From contig JBAZLM010000006.1 of the NCBI GenBank assembly GCA_041650295.1, positions 728 to 64,727 on the forward strand: DNA of 64,000 bases, written 5' to 3'. The notes under the pieces are model-generated. The model saw nothing but the letters and a program-made list of their open reading frames with translations. It was not told the origin of the DNA and did not search any database. Each line of letters opens with the position of its first letter. Position 1 is the first letter of the stretch. This document shows, one piece after another, positions 31,725 to 40,454 of this stretch. Position numbers and translations under genes: made by a program. Source of the stretch: Candidatus Omnitrophota bacterium. GTDB taxonomy: Bacteria > Omnitrophota > Gorgyraeia > Gygaellales > Profunditerraquicolaceae.

Positions 31725-31961
31725 ATGGAAAGTAATGTTGAGAGGGATTTGGGCGAGCAGCCAATTGCTAAAATTATCACTGAACTGGGACTTAAATCTA
31801 ATGATTTAGTAAGTAACTCTACAGAGCAGATTACGCATAAAATGGTTAATCGTGCAGCTAAAGGGCGGCGCCTAAATTTAAAGATTCAATACCGTATCCT
31901 CAATGCTTTGAATAAAGCTGCAAATAAGCAATATACACTTAAAGATATTTTCAATTATTAA
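31725..31961 (+). CDS. Small hypothetical protein (~78 aa), possibly DNA-binding
   Basis: ORF directly upstream (21-nt gap) of the helicase-nuclease gene. No family recognised. Basic, helix-rich. Confidence 0.4.
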   Translation: MESNVERDLGEQPIAKIITELGLKSNDLVSNSTEQITHKMVNRAAKGRRLNLKIQYRILNALNKAANKQYTLKDIFNY

Positions 31962-31982
31962 ATCGATTTATAAAAATAAATT

Positions 31983-34892
31983 ATGGATAAAGTATTAGCG
32001 GGATTAAACAAAGAGCAGATTAACGCAGTCACTCATAAAGACGGACCGTTAATGATTATTGCTGGTGCCGGGACCGGTAAGACACGGGTGATTACTCAGC
32101 GTATTGCTTGGTTGATTAACCAGGGTTTGGCTAAAACTGATGAAATATTAGCGCTTACTTTTACGGATAAGGCAGCCAAAGAGATGCAGGAGCGCGTGGA
32201 TATCTTGATGCCTTATGGTTATACTGACATTTGGATCTCGACATTTCACGCTTTCGGCGATCGCCTGTTACGTGAAAACGCATTAGTGGCTGGGCTTAAT
32301 CCAGATTTTAAAGTGTTAACCCAAGCCGAAGCAGCAGTTTTTTTTCGGGAACATCTTTTTGAGTTTACGATTAATTATTATCGACCGTTAGCTGAACCTA
32401 CTCGTTTTATCGAAGCGTTAATTTCTTTTTTTAGTCGTGCCAAAGACGAAGATATCTGTGCGCAAGAGTATTTAAAATACGCCCAGGATTTTTTGATTCA
32501 GGCTAAAGTTACTCCAGAAGATAAAGCTAAAGAAGAGTTAGCCGTTGCGCAGATGGAGGTGGCGGGCGCTTACGTTAAATATCAGGAACTCTTGGCCAAG
32601 GAAGGTTTAGTTGATTTCGGTAATCAGTTTTATTTAAGTTTACAGTTATTACGACAACATCCTTTAATTTTACAAAATTATCAGAAGCAATTTAAATATA
32701 TCTTAGTGGATGAGTTTCAGGATACCAATTTTGCGCAATTTCAAATTGTGAAGTTGTTAGCTGGTTCATTAAAAAATATCACAGTTGTAGGTGATGATGA
32801 CCAATGTATCTATCGTTGGCGCGGTGCAGCTTACAGCAACTTGATTAATTTTAATCAAGAATACCCTGGCGCAGAAAAGATCACCTTAATTCAGAACTAT
32901 CGTTCTACGCAGTCGATATTAGATAGCGCCTATCAGTTAATTCAAAATAATAATCCGGAACGTTTTGAGGTTAAGGCTAAGATTGATAAGCATCTGGTTG
33001 GCTTGACCAAAAATGGAGAAAGGCCGGTACATCTGCATTTTGACACGCATTCAGCGGAAGCTGATAATGTAAGTAAGATTATACAAGATAAAGTAAGTTT
33101 AGGTAAGTTTAAATTTAGAGATTTTGCGATTTTGGTACGTTCCAATTCTGATGCGCAAAGCTATATTCAATCATTGAACATGCAGAATATCCCTTGGCAG
33201 TTTAGCGGTAATCAAGGTTTATATTCACGCGAAGAAGTTAAATTGTGTATTAACTTTTTGCGTCTGATCGCCAATCCCTCTGATTCTTTAAGTTTATATT
33301 ATTTGGTTAGCTCTGAAATTTATAATGTAAATTTAGCTGATCTGACTATTTGCAATCATTTGGCCAAGCGTAGGAATCGTTCACTTTATTCTATTTTTAG
33401 TGATTTAGGTCAAGATCCTGATCTAGCGCAAATTCAAGAGTCTACTAAAGAAAAAATTAAACAGATATTAAAGGAGATCGAAAAGTTTTTACAAGTTGCC
33501 CGCGATGAAACTACCGGAAGGCTTTTGTACAGTTTTCTGACGGATACCGGTTATTTAAAGTTTTTAACACACAACCCCACTTTAGAAAAAGAAACTAAAA
33601 TTCAAAATATCGCTAAATTTTTTAATCAGGTGCGTGATTTTGAATTGATTGCTAAAGAAAACCGGGTGATCAGTTTTGTTAAGCACCTTAACCTGTTGAT
33701 TGATTCAGGTGATGACCCACCAACAGTAGAGGCCGATTTAGATCAAGATGCGGTTAATATTCTAACGATTCATAAAGCTAAAGGCTTGGAGTTTAGAGTG
33801 GTATTTTTAGTAAGTTTAGTGCAAGGAAAATTTCCTTTGCCTAAACGCTCCCAACAAATTGAATTGCCAGATGCATTAATTAAAGAAGTTTTGCCTTCGG
33901 GTGACTTTCATACCCAAGAGGAGCGTCGGCTTTTTTACGTGGGGATGACCCGCTCAAAAGAAGAGTTGTATTTTACTAGTGCCGATGATTACGGTGGTAA
34001 ACGGATGCGCAAATCTAGCCAATTTGTGTTAGAGGCTCTCGGTAAAAAATCTCAAGAAGTTGAAAAAAAGAAAACTGCTGCATTAGAGAGCATTCAGCGT
34101 TTTGCCCCCACTAAAGAATTACCTAAATCAGCTTTGCAAAAACTTCCGGCGGATAAATTAGTTACTTTAAGTTATTATCAGATCGATGATTATTTAACTT
34201 GCCCTTTAAAATATAAATATGTAAATATTTTGCGAGTGCCGATTATGGAGCACCATACAGTAATTTATGGTCGGGCGATGCATGAGGCGGTGAGTCAGTA
34301 TTTATTACGCAAGCTGAATCACGAGAAAGTGGCATTAGATGAAATCCTAGATTGTTTTGAAGCTAGCTTTGACCCACAGGGATTTTTAGATACTAACCAT
34401 CAAGAAGAGCGTTTTCGTATTGGTCGCCAAGCATTAACCAGATTTTATAAAGATGAAGAAGCTCGGGGCTCTGTGCCTAAATCAATCGAAGAAAAATTTT
34501 CTTTTATTATTGGAGATAATAAGATCTCTGGCAGATTTGATCGGGTGGATGCGCGAGCCGATGGGGTAGTGATTATGGATTTTAAAACCTCTGAGATTAA
34601 AACTCAGAAGGATGCAGATAAACGAGTTAAGGAAAATAAACAGTTAGCACTTTACGCCTTAGCTTATCAGCATATTTTTGGCACTTTGCCAGTAGCGGTT
34701 GAATTATATTTTCTAGAATCGGGAATTATTGGTCAGCATAAAGTTACTCAAAGTAATTTAGAGGAGATAAAAGAGGATATTTTGGTTGTCTCTAAGGGGA
34801 TCCGCAATCAAGAGTATCCGGCTAAACCTGAATATAAAGCCTGCACTTATTGCGCCTACAATCAGATCTGTCCTGCGGCGGTAATACGTTAA
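31983..34892 (+). CDS. UvrD/PcrA-family SF1 helicase fused to a C-terminal PD-(D/E)xK Cas4/RecB-like Fe-S nuclease domain
   Basis: Motif I AGAGTGKTRV, motif II DEFQDTN, motifs V and VI (HKAKGLEF, VGMTRSKEEL). The C-terminus carries GRFDRVD...IMDFKTSE and four Cys (YLTCP...CTYCAYNQICP), as in Cas4/AddB. Confidence 0.8.
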   Translation: MDKVLAGLNKEQINAVTHKDGPLMIIAGAGTGKTRVITQRIAWLINQGLAKTDEILALTFTDKAAKEMQERVDILMPYGYTDIWISTFHAFGDRLLRENALVAGLNPDFKVLTQAEAAVFFREHLFEFTINYYRPLAEPTRFIEALISFFSRAKDEDICAQEYLKYAQDFLIQAKVTPEDKAKEELAVAQMEVAGAYVKYQELLAKEGLVDFGNQFYLSLQLLRQHPLILQNYQKQFKYILVDEFQDTNFAQFQIVKLLAGSLKNITVVGDDDQCIYRWRGAAYSNLINFNQEYPGAEKITLIQNYRSTQSILDSAYQLIQNNNPERFEVKAKIDKHLVGLTKNGERPVHLHFDTHSAEADNVSKIIQDKVSLGKFKFRDFAILVRSNSDAQSYIQSLNMQNIPWQFSGNQGLYSREEVKLCINFLRLIANPSDSLSLYYLVSSEIYNVNLADLTICNHLAKRRNRSLYSIFSDLGQDPDLAQIQESTKEKIKQILKEIEKFLQVARDETTGRLLYSFLTDTGYLKFLTHNPTLEKETKIQNIAKFFNQVRDFELIAKENRVISFVKHLNLLIDSGDDPPTVEADLDQDAVNILTIHKAKGLEFRVVFLVSLVQGKFPLPKRSQQIELPDALIKEVLPSGDFHTQEERRLFYVGMTRSKEELYFTSADDYGGKRMRKSSQFVLEALGKKSQEVEKKKTAALESIQRFAPTKELPKSALQKLPADKLVTLSYYQIDDYLTCPLKYKYVNILRVPIMEHHTVIYGRAMHEAVSQYLLRKLNHEKVALDEILDCFEASFDPQGFLDTNHQEERFRIGRQALTRFYKDEEARGSVPKSIEEKFSFIIGDNKISGRFDRVDARADGVVIMDFKTSEIKTQKDADKRVKENKQLALYALAYQHIFGTLPVAVELYFLESGIIGQHKVTQSNLEEIKEDILVVSKGIRNQEYPAKPEYKACTYCAYNQICPAAVIR

Positions 34893-34900
34893 GCTTGAGA

Positions 34901-34929
34901 TTGACAACCGGTAGAATTTGGGCTATAGT
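34901..34929 (+). promoter_or_regulatory. Sigma70 promoter TTGACA-17-TATAGT
   Basis: Consensus -35 with a 17-bp spacer. It lies inside the ORF-track N-terminus of the next gene, so the true start is probably ATG 34942. Confidence 0.55.
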
Positions 34930-34941
34930 GAGTCGAAGAAG

Positions 34942-35664
34942 ATGAGAGCGATTATTTCGATATTTATTTGGATTGGCAGCATTTTATTGACGATTTTGCT
35001 GTATTTTGTGGTCTTGGTTTTAACCATTCTGTTTTTTCCGTTTGATCCGAAAAAGAAGGTTACCCACGCACAGTGTTTTTGGTGGTCGGATGCTTTGATT
35101 GCCTTAAATCCTTTCTGGAGTGTAAAAGTTCAGGGCCTGGAGAACATTGACCCTAAAAAAACTTATGTGATTATCGCCAACCATCAGAGTATGGCTGATA
35201 TTGTGGTATTATATCAGATTAAACAACAGTTTAAGTGGGTAGCTAAAGCCAGTCTATTTAAGGTTCCGTTTATTGGTTGGTGTTTGGGTTTAATTAAACA
35301 TATTAAACTTACTCGAGGTGATTTTTCTAGCATTAAGGAGATCTATCATCAGGCTAGCCAGTGGCTAAAAAAAGATATGTCCGTTTTATTTTTTCCGGAA
35401 GGAACGCGTAGTAATAGCGATCAAATGGGGGAATTTCAAAACGGGGCGTTTAAATTTGCGATTAAAGAAAAAAAACCTATTCTACCGATTTGTTTAAAAG
35501 GTACGCATGCAGCTATTCCTAAGGGCAGTTGGATTTTTAGGACTAAGGTAGCTGCTACTGTCAGGGTGTTGCCGGAAGTGGTTACAGAGCAATTTGGTCC
35601 GGGAGATTTTGCGCAACTGAGAGACAACGTGCGCTTGAAAATAGAAGCGGCACTACATTTATAA
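34942..35664 (+). CDS. plsC: 1-acyl-sn-glycerol-3-phosphate acyltransferase
   Basis: HX4D motif IANHQSMADIVV and FPEGTRS motif; N-terminal TM. Confidence 0.8.
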   Translation: MRAIISIFIWIGSILLTILLYFVVLVLTILFFPFDPKKKVTHAQCFWWSDALIALNPFWSVKVQGLENIDPKKTYVIIANHQSMADIVVLYQIKQQFKWVAKASLFKVPFIGWCLGLIKHIKLTRGDFSSIKEIYHQASQWLKKDMSVLFFPEGTRSNSDQMGEFQNGAFKFAIKEKKPILPICLKGTHAAIPKGSWIFRTKVAATVRVLPEVVTEQFGPGDFAQLRDNVRLKIEAALHL

Positions 35665-35666
35665 AT

Positions 35667-36731
35667 ATGAAAAAAAAGTATAAGATTATAATTTGGATTT
35701 TGGCAGTTTTTTTGGTTTTATTTTTTGTGGCTAGCCTTCTAGTTTCAATTTATACGCCTAGAATTATTGAGCAGCAGATTGAACAAAATTTAAAACTTAA
35801 AACTAGTTTGCGTAAAGTGAGTTTAACGTTACCTTTTACGATTACTCTTGAAGGCTTAGAATTGGGAGATTTAGCTAGTATTAAAAAAATATCTTTATCG
35901 CCTGATCTGATTGGTTTAATCTTTGGGAAAATAGTGATTCATGGTTTAAATATCGTTGATCCAGTAATTAATTTGGTGCAATCAGCGGATGGAAGATTGA
36001 ATTTACCGGTTTTAGAGCAGAAGGGTAAGCCCCCGGCAATTTATTTGACCGGTTTTAGAGTGGAAAATGGTAAGATTATTTTTACTGACCGTAAAGTTAT
36101 TGCCGATGGTTTTCAGGTCATTGTAAATAAATTAGATGTGCGTGTATCAAAAGTGGTGATGCCAATTACATCGTTGGCTGCAGATTTTAAAGTGAGCGCA
36201 GAGCTGATTAACGCTAAAGGTAATGTTTTTGGTGGTATTATATTCGACGGTTGGTTGGATTATTTGGCTAAGAATATGGATGCTCGATTAGAAGTTAAGA
36301 ATTTAGATCTGACTAATTTTTCTGTTTATTACGGAAACTTTATTTCTAATAGAAAATTGTCTCAAGCGATGTTGGACTTGGTTTCGACTTTTAAAGCTAA
36401 AAACAATGCTTTAGAAATTTTAACTAATTTTAATCTTTCTAAAATTATTTATGCCAATACTCAAGAAGAGCAACTAGTGGATTTAAATTTGGTTAAAGAT
36501 GCGCTTGATTTTTTTATTGATGCCAATGGTAATTTAAAATTAGAGTTTAAGGTTGATACGGCATTAGATAATCCTTCTGTAAGTTCTGATAAGTTAAAAA
36601 GCATAATTTTAAAAGCTGCGGCAAAAAACTTAGCTAATCAGTCACCCCAGCAGTTAGCAAATAAAGTAGTCACTACTATTAATAAGTATAAAGACTTAGG
36701 TAAAGAATTAAAAAAGATTTTTGGAAATTAA
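35667..36731 (+). CDS. DUF748/AsmA-like membrane-anchored protein
   Basis: N-terminal TM anchor and a long beta-rich periplasmic region, AsmA/DUF748-like. Confidence 0.5.
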   Translation: MKKKYKIIIWILAVFLVLFFVASLLVSIYTPRIIEQQIEQNLKLKTSLRKVSLTLPFTITLEGLELGDLASIKKISLSPDLIGLIFGKIVIHGLNIVDPVINLVQSADGRLNLPVLEQKGKPPAIYLTGFRVENGKIIFTDRKVIADGFQVIVNKLDVRVSKVVMPITSLAADFKVSAELINAKGNVFGGIIFDGWLDYLAKNMDARLEVKNLDLTNFSVYYGNFISNRKLSQAMLDLVSTFKAKNNALEILTNFNLSKIIYANTQEEQLVDLNLVKDALDFFIDANGNLKLEFKVDTALDNPSVSSDKLKSIILKAAAKNLANQSPQQLANKVVTTINKYKDLGKELKKIFGN

Positions 36732-36742
36732 AGAGTAGGTAT

Positions 36743-37399
36743 ATGGAAGAAACTAAATCAAAATCGTTAAAACATATTGAAGAAAAGATGGAGAGCCTAG
36801 AGGTAGGTTCTCTGCGTTATCATATTCTAGAGAGTGCTAAAAATTTTAAATGCTCTTGGATTGAGTTAGGCCGTTGTTTGTATTCAGCTTATAAGGATAA
36901 AACTTTTAAAGAGTGGGGGTATCTTAATTTTGATGTTTATGTTAGTCGAGAGATTGGCATTCGTAAACAAACAGCGATGAAGTTGCTTAAGTCATATTAT
37001 TTTTTAGAAAAAGAAGAACCGCAGTTTTTAAAAAGTGATTACACTGATTCGGCTAAAACGGCCAATCTTCCCAGTTATGAGTCTGTAGATATTTTACGTC
37101 AGGCAAAAAATAAAAAAGGTTTGGATGAAGACGATTATAGTAATTTAAAAAAAGAGATCTTTGAAAAAGGTCGCGACGCCTCCGAGGTTAAGAAAAATTT
37201 AGGGGTAATGATTAGACAAAGACAAGAATTGGATCCGCAAGAGGCCCAAGAGAAGAAGAAACGCGCTACGGTTAATCGATTATTAGGTCAATTACGCATG
37301 CTCAAACAAGAAGTGCAGGTTTTGAAGTTATTGCCTTTTGCGTTGATTAAAGATCTGGATACTTTGATTAAGAATATTGATATAGAGCTAGAGGAGTAA
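36743..37399 (+). CDS. Hypothetical protein (218 aa, C-terminal coiled coil)
   Basis: ORF with good coding statistics; no family recognised. Confidence 0.4.
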   Translation: MEETKSKSLKHIEEKMESLEVGSLRYHILESAKNFKCSWIELGRCLYSAYKDKTFKEWGYLNFDVYVSREIGIRKQTAMKLLKSYYFLEKEEPQFLKSDYTDSAKTANLPSYESVDILRQAKNKKGLDEDDYSNLKKEIFEKGRDASEVKKNLGVMIRQRQELDPQEAQEKKKRATVNRLLGQLRMLKQEVQVLKLLPFALIKDLDTLIKNIDIELEE

Positions 37400-37404
37400 A
37401 TCCT

Positions 37405-37818
37405 ATGCTATCTGAAGAACCCAAAACAATGACCTTAGAAGAAAGAATGGCTCAGCTGGGAGTGCGGGAAGATGATATTGTGGAAAAATTTATTCGCTCT
37501 AGTGGACCAGGCGGGCAGAATGTCAATAAAACATCTACTTGTGTTTATTTAAAACATCTGCCTACGGGTTTGGAGGTAAAATGTCAACGCCAGCGTTCTC
37601 AGATGTTGAATCGCTCATTGGCCAGGCATATTTTGGTAAGTAAAATTGCGCAGCGGATGCGTTTAGATAATTTGCAGAAACAATCATTAAAAGCGCAAAT
37701 TATGCGCCGCGATCGTAAAAAACCAAAAGGGTTAAAAAGAAAAATTTTAGAAAATAAACGTAAGCATTCAGAGAAGAAATCAGTGCGTAGGAAAATTCGT
37801 GAAATTGAAGTTGCATAA
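37405..37818 (+). CDS. arfB: Alternative ribosome-rescue factor ArfB (peptidyl-tRNA hydrolase, RF-1 domain)
   Basis: GGQ motif SGPGGQNVNKTST and a basic C-terminal tail; 137 aa. Confidence 0.8.
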   Translation: MLSEEPKTMTLEERMAQLGVREDDIVEKFIRSSGPGGQNVNKTSTCVYLKHLPTGLEVKCQRQRSQMLNRSLARHILVSKIAQRMRLDNLQKQSLKAQIMRRDRKKPKGLKRKILENKRKHSEKKSVRRKIREIEVA

Positions 37819-37863
37819 AGATTTTCTTGTGGTATCATATCAAAAGAAAAGAGGAGAATAAAA

Positions 37864-37989
37864 ATGGTAAATGGCGCAAGTTTTATCGGTGGTTTAATTT
37901 CGTTGGCTTTAACGGTTTGGTTTGTCTGTTTTACCGTAATGGTGATTCAGAAACTAGATAAGCTAATTGAATTATTAACAAAGAAGTAA
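37864..37989 (+). CDS. Putative small membrane protein (41 aa)
   Basis: GAGGAG RBS 8 nt upstream of the ATG; one hydrophobic helix. Unsupported by homology. Confidence 0.3.
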   Translation: MVNGASFIGGLISLALTVWFVCFTVMVIQKLDKLIELLTKK

Positions 37990-38018
37990 TTGACTTGTTA
38001 GTTTAACTAGCGTATAAT
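37990..38018 (+). promoter_or_regulatory. Sigma70 promoter TTGACT-17-TATAAT (rpsO-pnp)
   Basis: Consensus -10 and a near-consensus -35 at 17-bp spacing, upstream of the rpsO GGGAGG RBS. Confidence 0.65.
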
Positions 38019-38027
38019 CTTAAAAAA

Positions 38028-38312
38028 ATGGGAGGTAGAAATTTGGTTTTGGTAAAGGAACAAAAAGCAAAATTAATTGACGGTTTTAAAGTGCATTCTA
38101 GAGACACTGGATCAGCTGAGGTCCAGATTGCCATACTTACTGAAAGAATTAATGATTTAGGAGAGCATTTTAAATCACATAAAAAAGATCTCCATTCTCG
38201 CCGTGGTTTACTTTTATTAGTCAGCAGACGCCGCAGACTCCTTAAGTATCTCAAGGATAAAGATATGAAGAAGTATGAAGAGATCCTGGGAAAGCTTAAA
38301 CTGAGAAAGTAA
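38028..38312 (+). CDS. rpsO: 30S ribosomal protein S15
   Basis: S15 sequence ([17 protein letters not shown]...[12 protein letters not shown]). Start may be TTG 38043, 7 nt after the GGGAGG. Confidence 0.9.
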   Translation: MGGRNLVLVKEQKAKLIDGFKVHSRDTGSAEVQIAILTERINDLGEHFKSHKKDLHSRRGLLLLVSRRRRLLKYLKDKDMKKYEEILGKLKLRK

Positions 38313-38351
38313 TTCCTAAAAGATTAAATCCAAAAAAGAAAGAGTTAGATC

Positions 38352-40445
38352 ATGCAAAATAAAAGCTTAAAAATTAAGTTTGGAAAAAATGACCTGGTTT
38401 TAGAAACTGGCAAATTAGCTAAGCAAGCCAATGGTTCCGTGACGATTACTTACGGAGCGACAGTTATTTTGGTTACTGCTTGTATGTCTAATTCCATTAG
38501 AGAAGGACAGGACTTTTTTCCGCTTACGGTTGAATACCAAGAAAAGACTTACGCTGCCGGAAGGATTCCCGGAGGATTTTTTAAGCGTGAAGGTCGGCCC
38601 TCTGAAAATGAGATTTTAGGCTCACGTTTAATTGATCGACCAATTCGTCCGTTGTTTCCTGAAGGCTTCTTAAATGAAGTTCAGGTTATGGCGATGGTGC
38701 TTTCTAGTGACGGTGAGAACGATCCTACAATTTTAGCATTGATCGGAGCAAGTGCTGCTTTATCTATCTCGGATATCCCTTTTAAGGGGCCAATTGCTAG
38801 TTGTCGCGTGGCTAGAATTAATAATGAATTCGTATTAAATCCTACATATCTCGAAACAGAAACTGCTGATTTAGAGGTGGTGATTGCCGCCAATAGTAAT
38901 GGCGTGGTGATGTTAGAATCAAAAGCCAAAGAGGTTTCTGAGGAAGATTATCTAGCAGCTGTAACTTTTGGTATGGATAATTTAAAAGCCATTCTTGCTA
39001 TGCAAGAAGAGTTTGCTCGTCTATATGGAACGCCGAAAGCTAAAGTTGAACTTAAATTAATTGATCCAGGTTTAATGCAAAAAATTGAAGCACTTTCTAA
39101 AGATAAATTAGCGGATGTTTATAAACCTAGTAGAAAAGAAGAGCGTGAGGAAAAGGTAGCCTTGCTAGGTAAAGAATTAGAAACACAGTTAGTCAGCGAA
39201 GGATTTTTAGGTCCGGATATTCATACGGGTTTACACGAAGTAGAAAAAAGACAAGTACGTAAAATGATTACCGAAGATGGTCTGCGTATTGATGGACGTT
39301 CAATTAAAGAGATTCGTCCGATTGCTTGCGAAGTATCTGTACTTCCGCGCACTCACGGTTCTAGTCTTTTTACCCGTGGTCAGACCCAAAGCATGGCGAT
39401 TACTACTTTAGGTACCGGTGAAGATGAGCAGATGATTGAATCTTTGGATGGCGAGAAGAAGAAATCGTTTATGTTGCATTATAATTTTCCTTCTTTTAGT
39501 GTGGGTGAAACCAGACCCGTGCGTAGTCCGGGCCGTCGTGAAATAGGTCATGGTGCACTGGCTGAGAAAGCATTATTAGCAGTATTACCTTCCAAAGAAA
39601 AATTTCCATATACGATTAGAGTGGTCTCTGAAATTTTAGAATCCAATGGTTCTAGTTCAATGGCTTCGGTATGTGCGGCTACACTGTCATTGATGGATGC
39701 GGGTGTGCCGATTAAAGAAGCGGTTGGTGGAGTAGCTTTAGGTTTAGTTAAAGAAGGTAAGAAAGCGGTCATTTTAACCGATATTGCCGGTCTAGAAGAT
39801 CATTTTGGAGATATGGATTTTAAAGTTGCTGGAACCCGCAGTGGAGTTACTGCGGTACAATTAGATCTTAAAATTGACGGGATTTCTTTAGAGTTATTAA
39901 AAGAATGTTTGGCGCAGTCTAAAGAAGGAAGATTATTTATTTTAGATAAGATGAGCACCGCTTTAACAGCACCTCGAGAATCACTTTCGGCTTTTGCTCC
40001 GCGCATTGATGTTTTAAAGATTAATACTGAAAAAATTGGTGAATTAATTGGTCCGGGTGGTAAAACGATCAAAGGCATTATTGCCGCTACCGGTGCTAGT
40101 ATTGATATTAAAGATGACGGCACGGTTTTGGTGGGTTCCACTGATGGTGCCAAGTCCGAAGCAGCAATTGCCATGATTAAAGCGATTACTAACGATGTTG
40201 AGGTTGGTAAGGTTTATATTGGTAAAGTAAAGCGGATTATGCAATTTGGTGCATTTGTGGAGATTGCTCCCCGCAAAGAAGGTTTAGTGCATGTTTCTGA
40301 GTTATCAGCTACGTTTGTTAAAAAGATTGATGATATCGTCAAAGTTGGCGATGAATTTAAGGTTAAGGTTATCGGTATCGATGAATTAGGTAGAATTAAC
40401 TTAAGTAAGAAACAAGCTGAGACACCGGAGCCTCCTACTAGTTAA
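38352..40445 (+). CDS. pnp: Polyribonucleotide nucleotidyltransferase (PNPase)
   Basis: Two RNase PH domains, KH and S1 domains; 697 aa. rpsO-pnp synteny. Confidence 0.95.
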   Translation: MQNKSLKIKFGKNDLVLETGKLAKQANGSVTITYGATVILVTACMSNSIREGQDFFPLTVEYQEKTYAAGRIPGGFFKREGRPSENEILGSRLIDRPIRPLFPEGFLNEVQVMAMVLSSDGENDPTILALIGASAALSISDIPFKGPIASCRVARINNEFVLNPTYLETETADLEVVIAANSNGVVMLESKAKEVSEEDYLAAVTFGMDNLKAILAMQEEFARLYGTPKAKVELKLIDPGLMQKIEALSKDKLADVYKPSRKEEREEKVALLGKELETQLVSEGFLGPDIHTGLHEVEKRQVRKMITEDGLRIDGRSIKEIRPIACEVSVLPRTHGSSLFTRGQTQSMAITTLGTGEDEQMIESLDGEKKKSFMLHYNFPSFSVGETRPVRSPGRREIGHGALAEKALLAVLPSKEKFPYTIRVVSEILESNGSSSMASVCAATLSLMDAGVPIKEAVGGVALGLVKEGKKAVILTDIAGLEDHFGDMDFKVAGTRSGVTAVQLDLKIDGISLELLKECLAQSKEGRLFILDKMSTALTAPRESLSAFAPRIDVLKINTEKIGELIGPGGKTIKGIIAATGASIDIKDDGTVLVGSTDGAKSEAAIAMIKAITNDVEVGKVYIGKVKRIMQFGAFVEIAPRKEGLVHVSELSATFVKKIDDIVKVGDEFKVKVIGIDELGRINLSKKQAETPEPPTS

Positions 40446-40454
40446 ATTTTTCCA

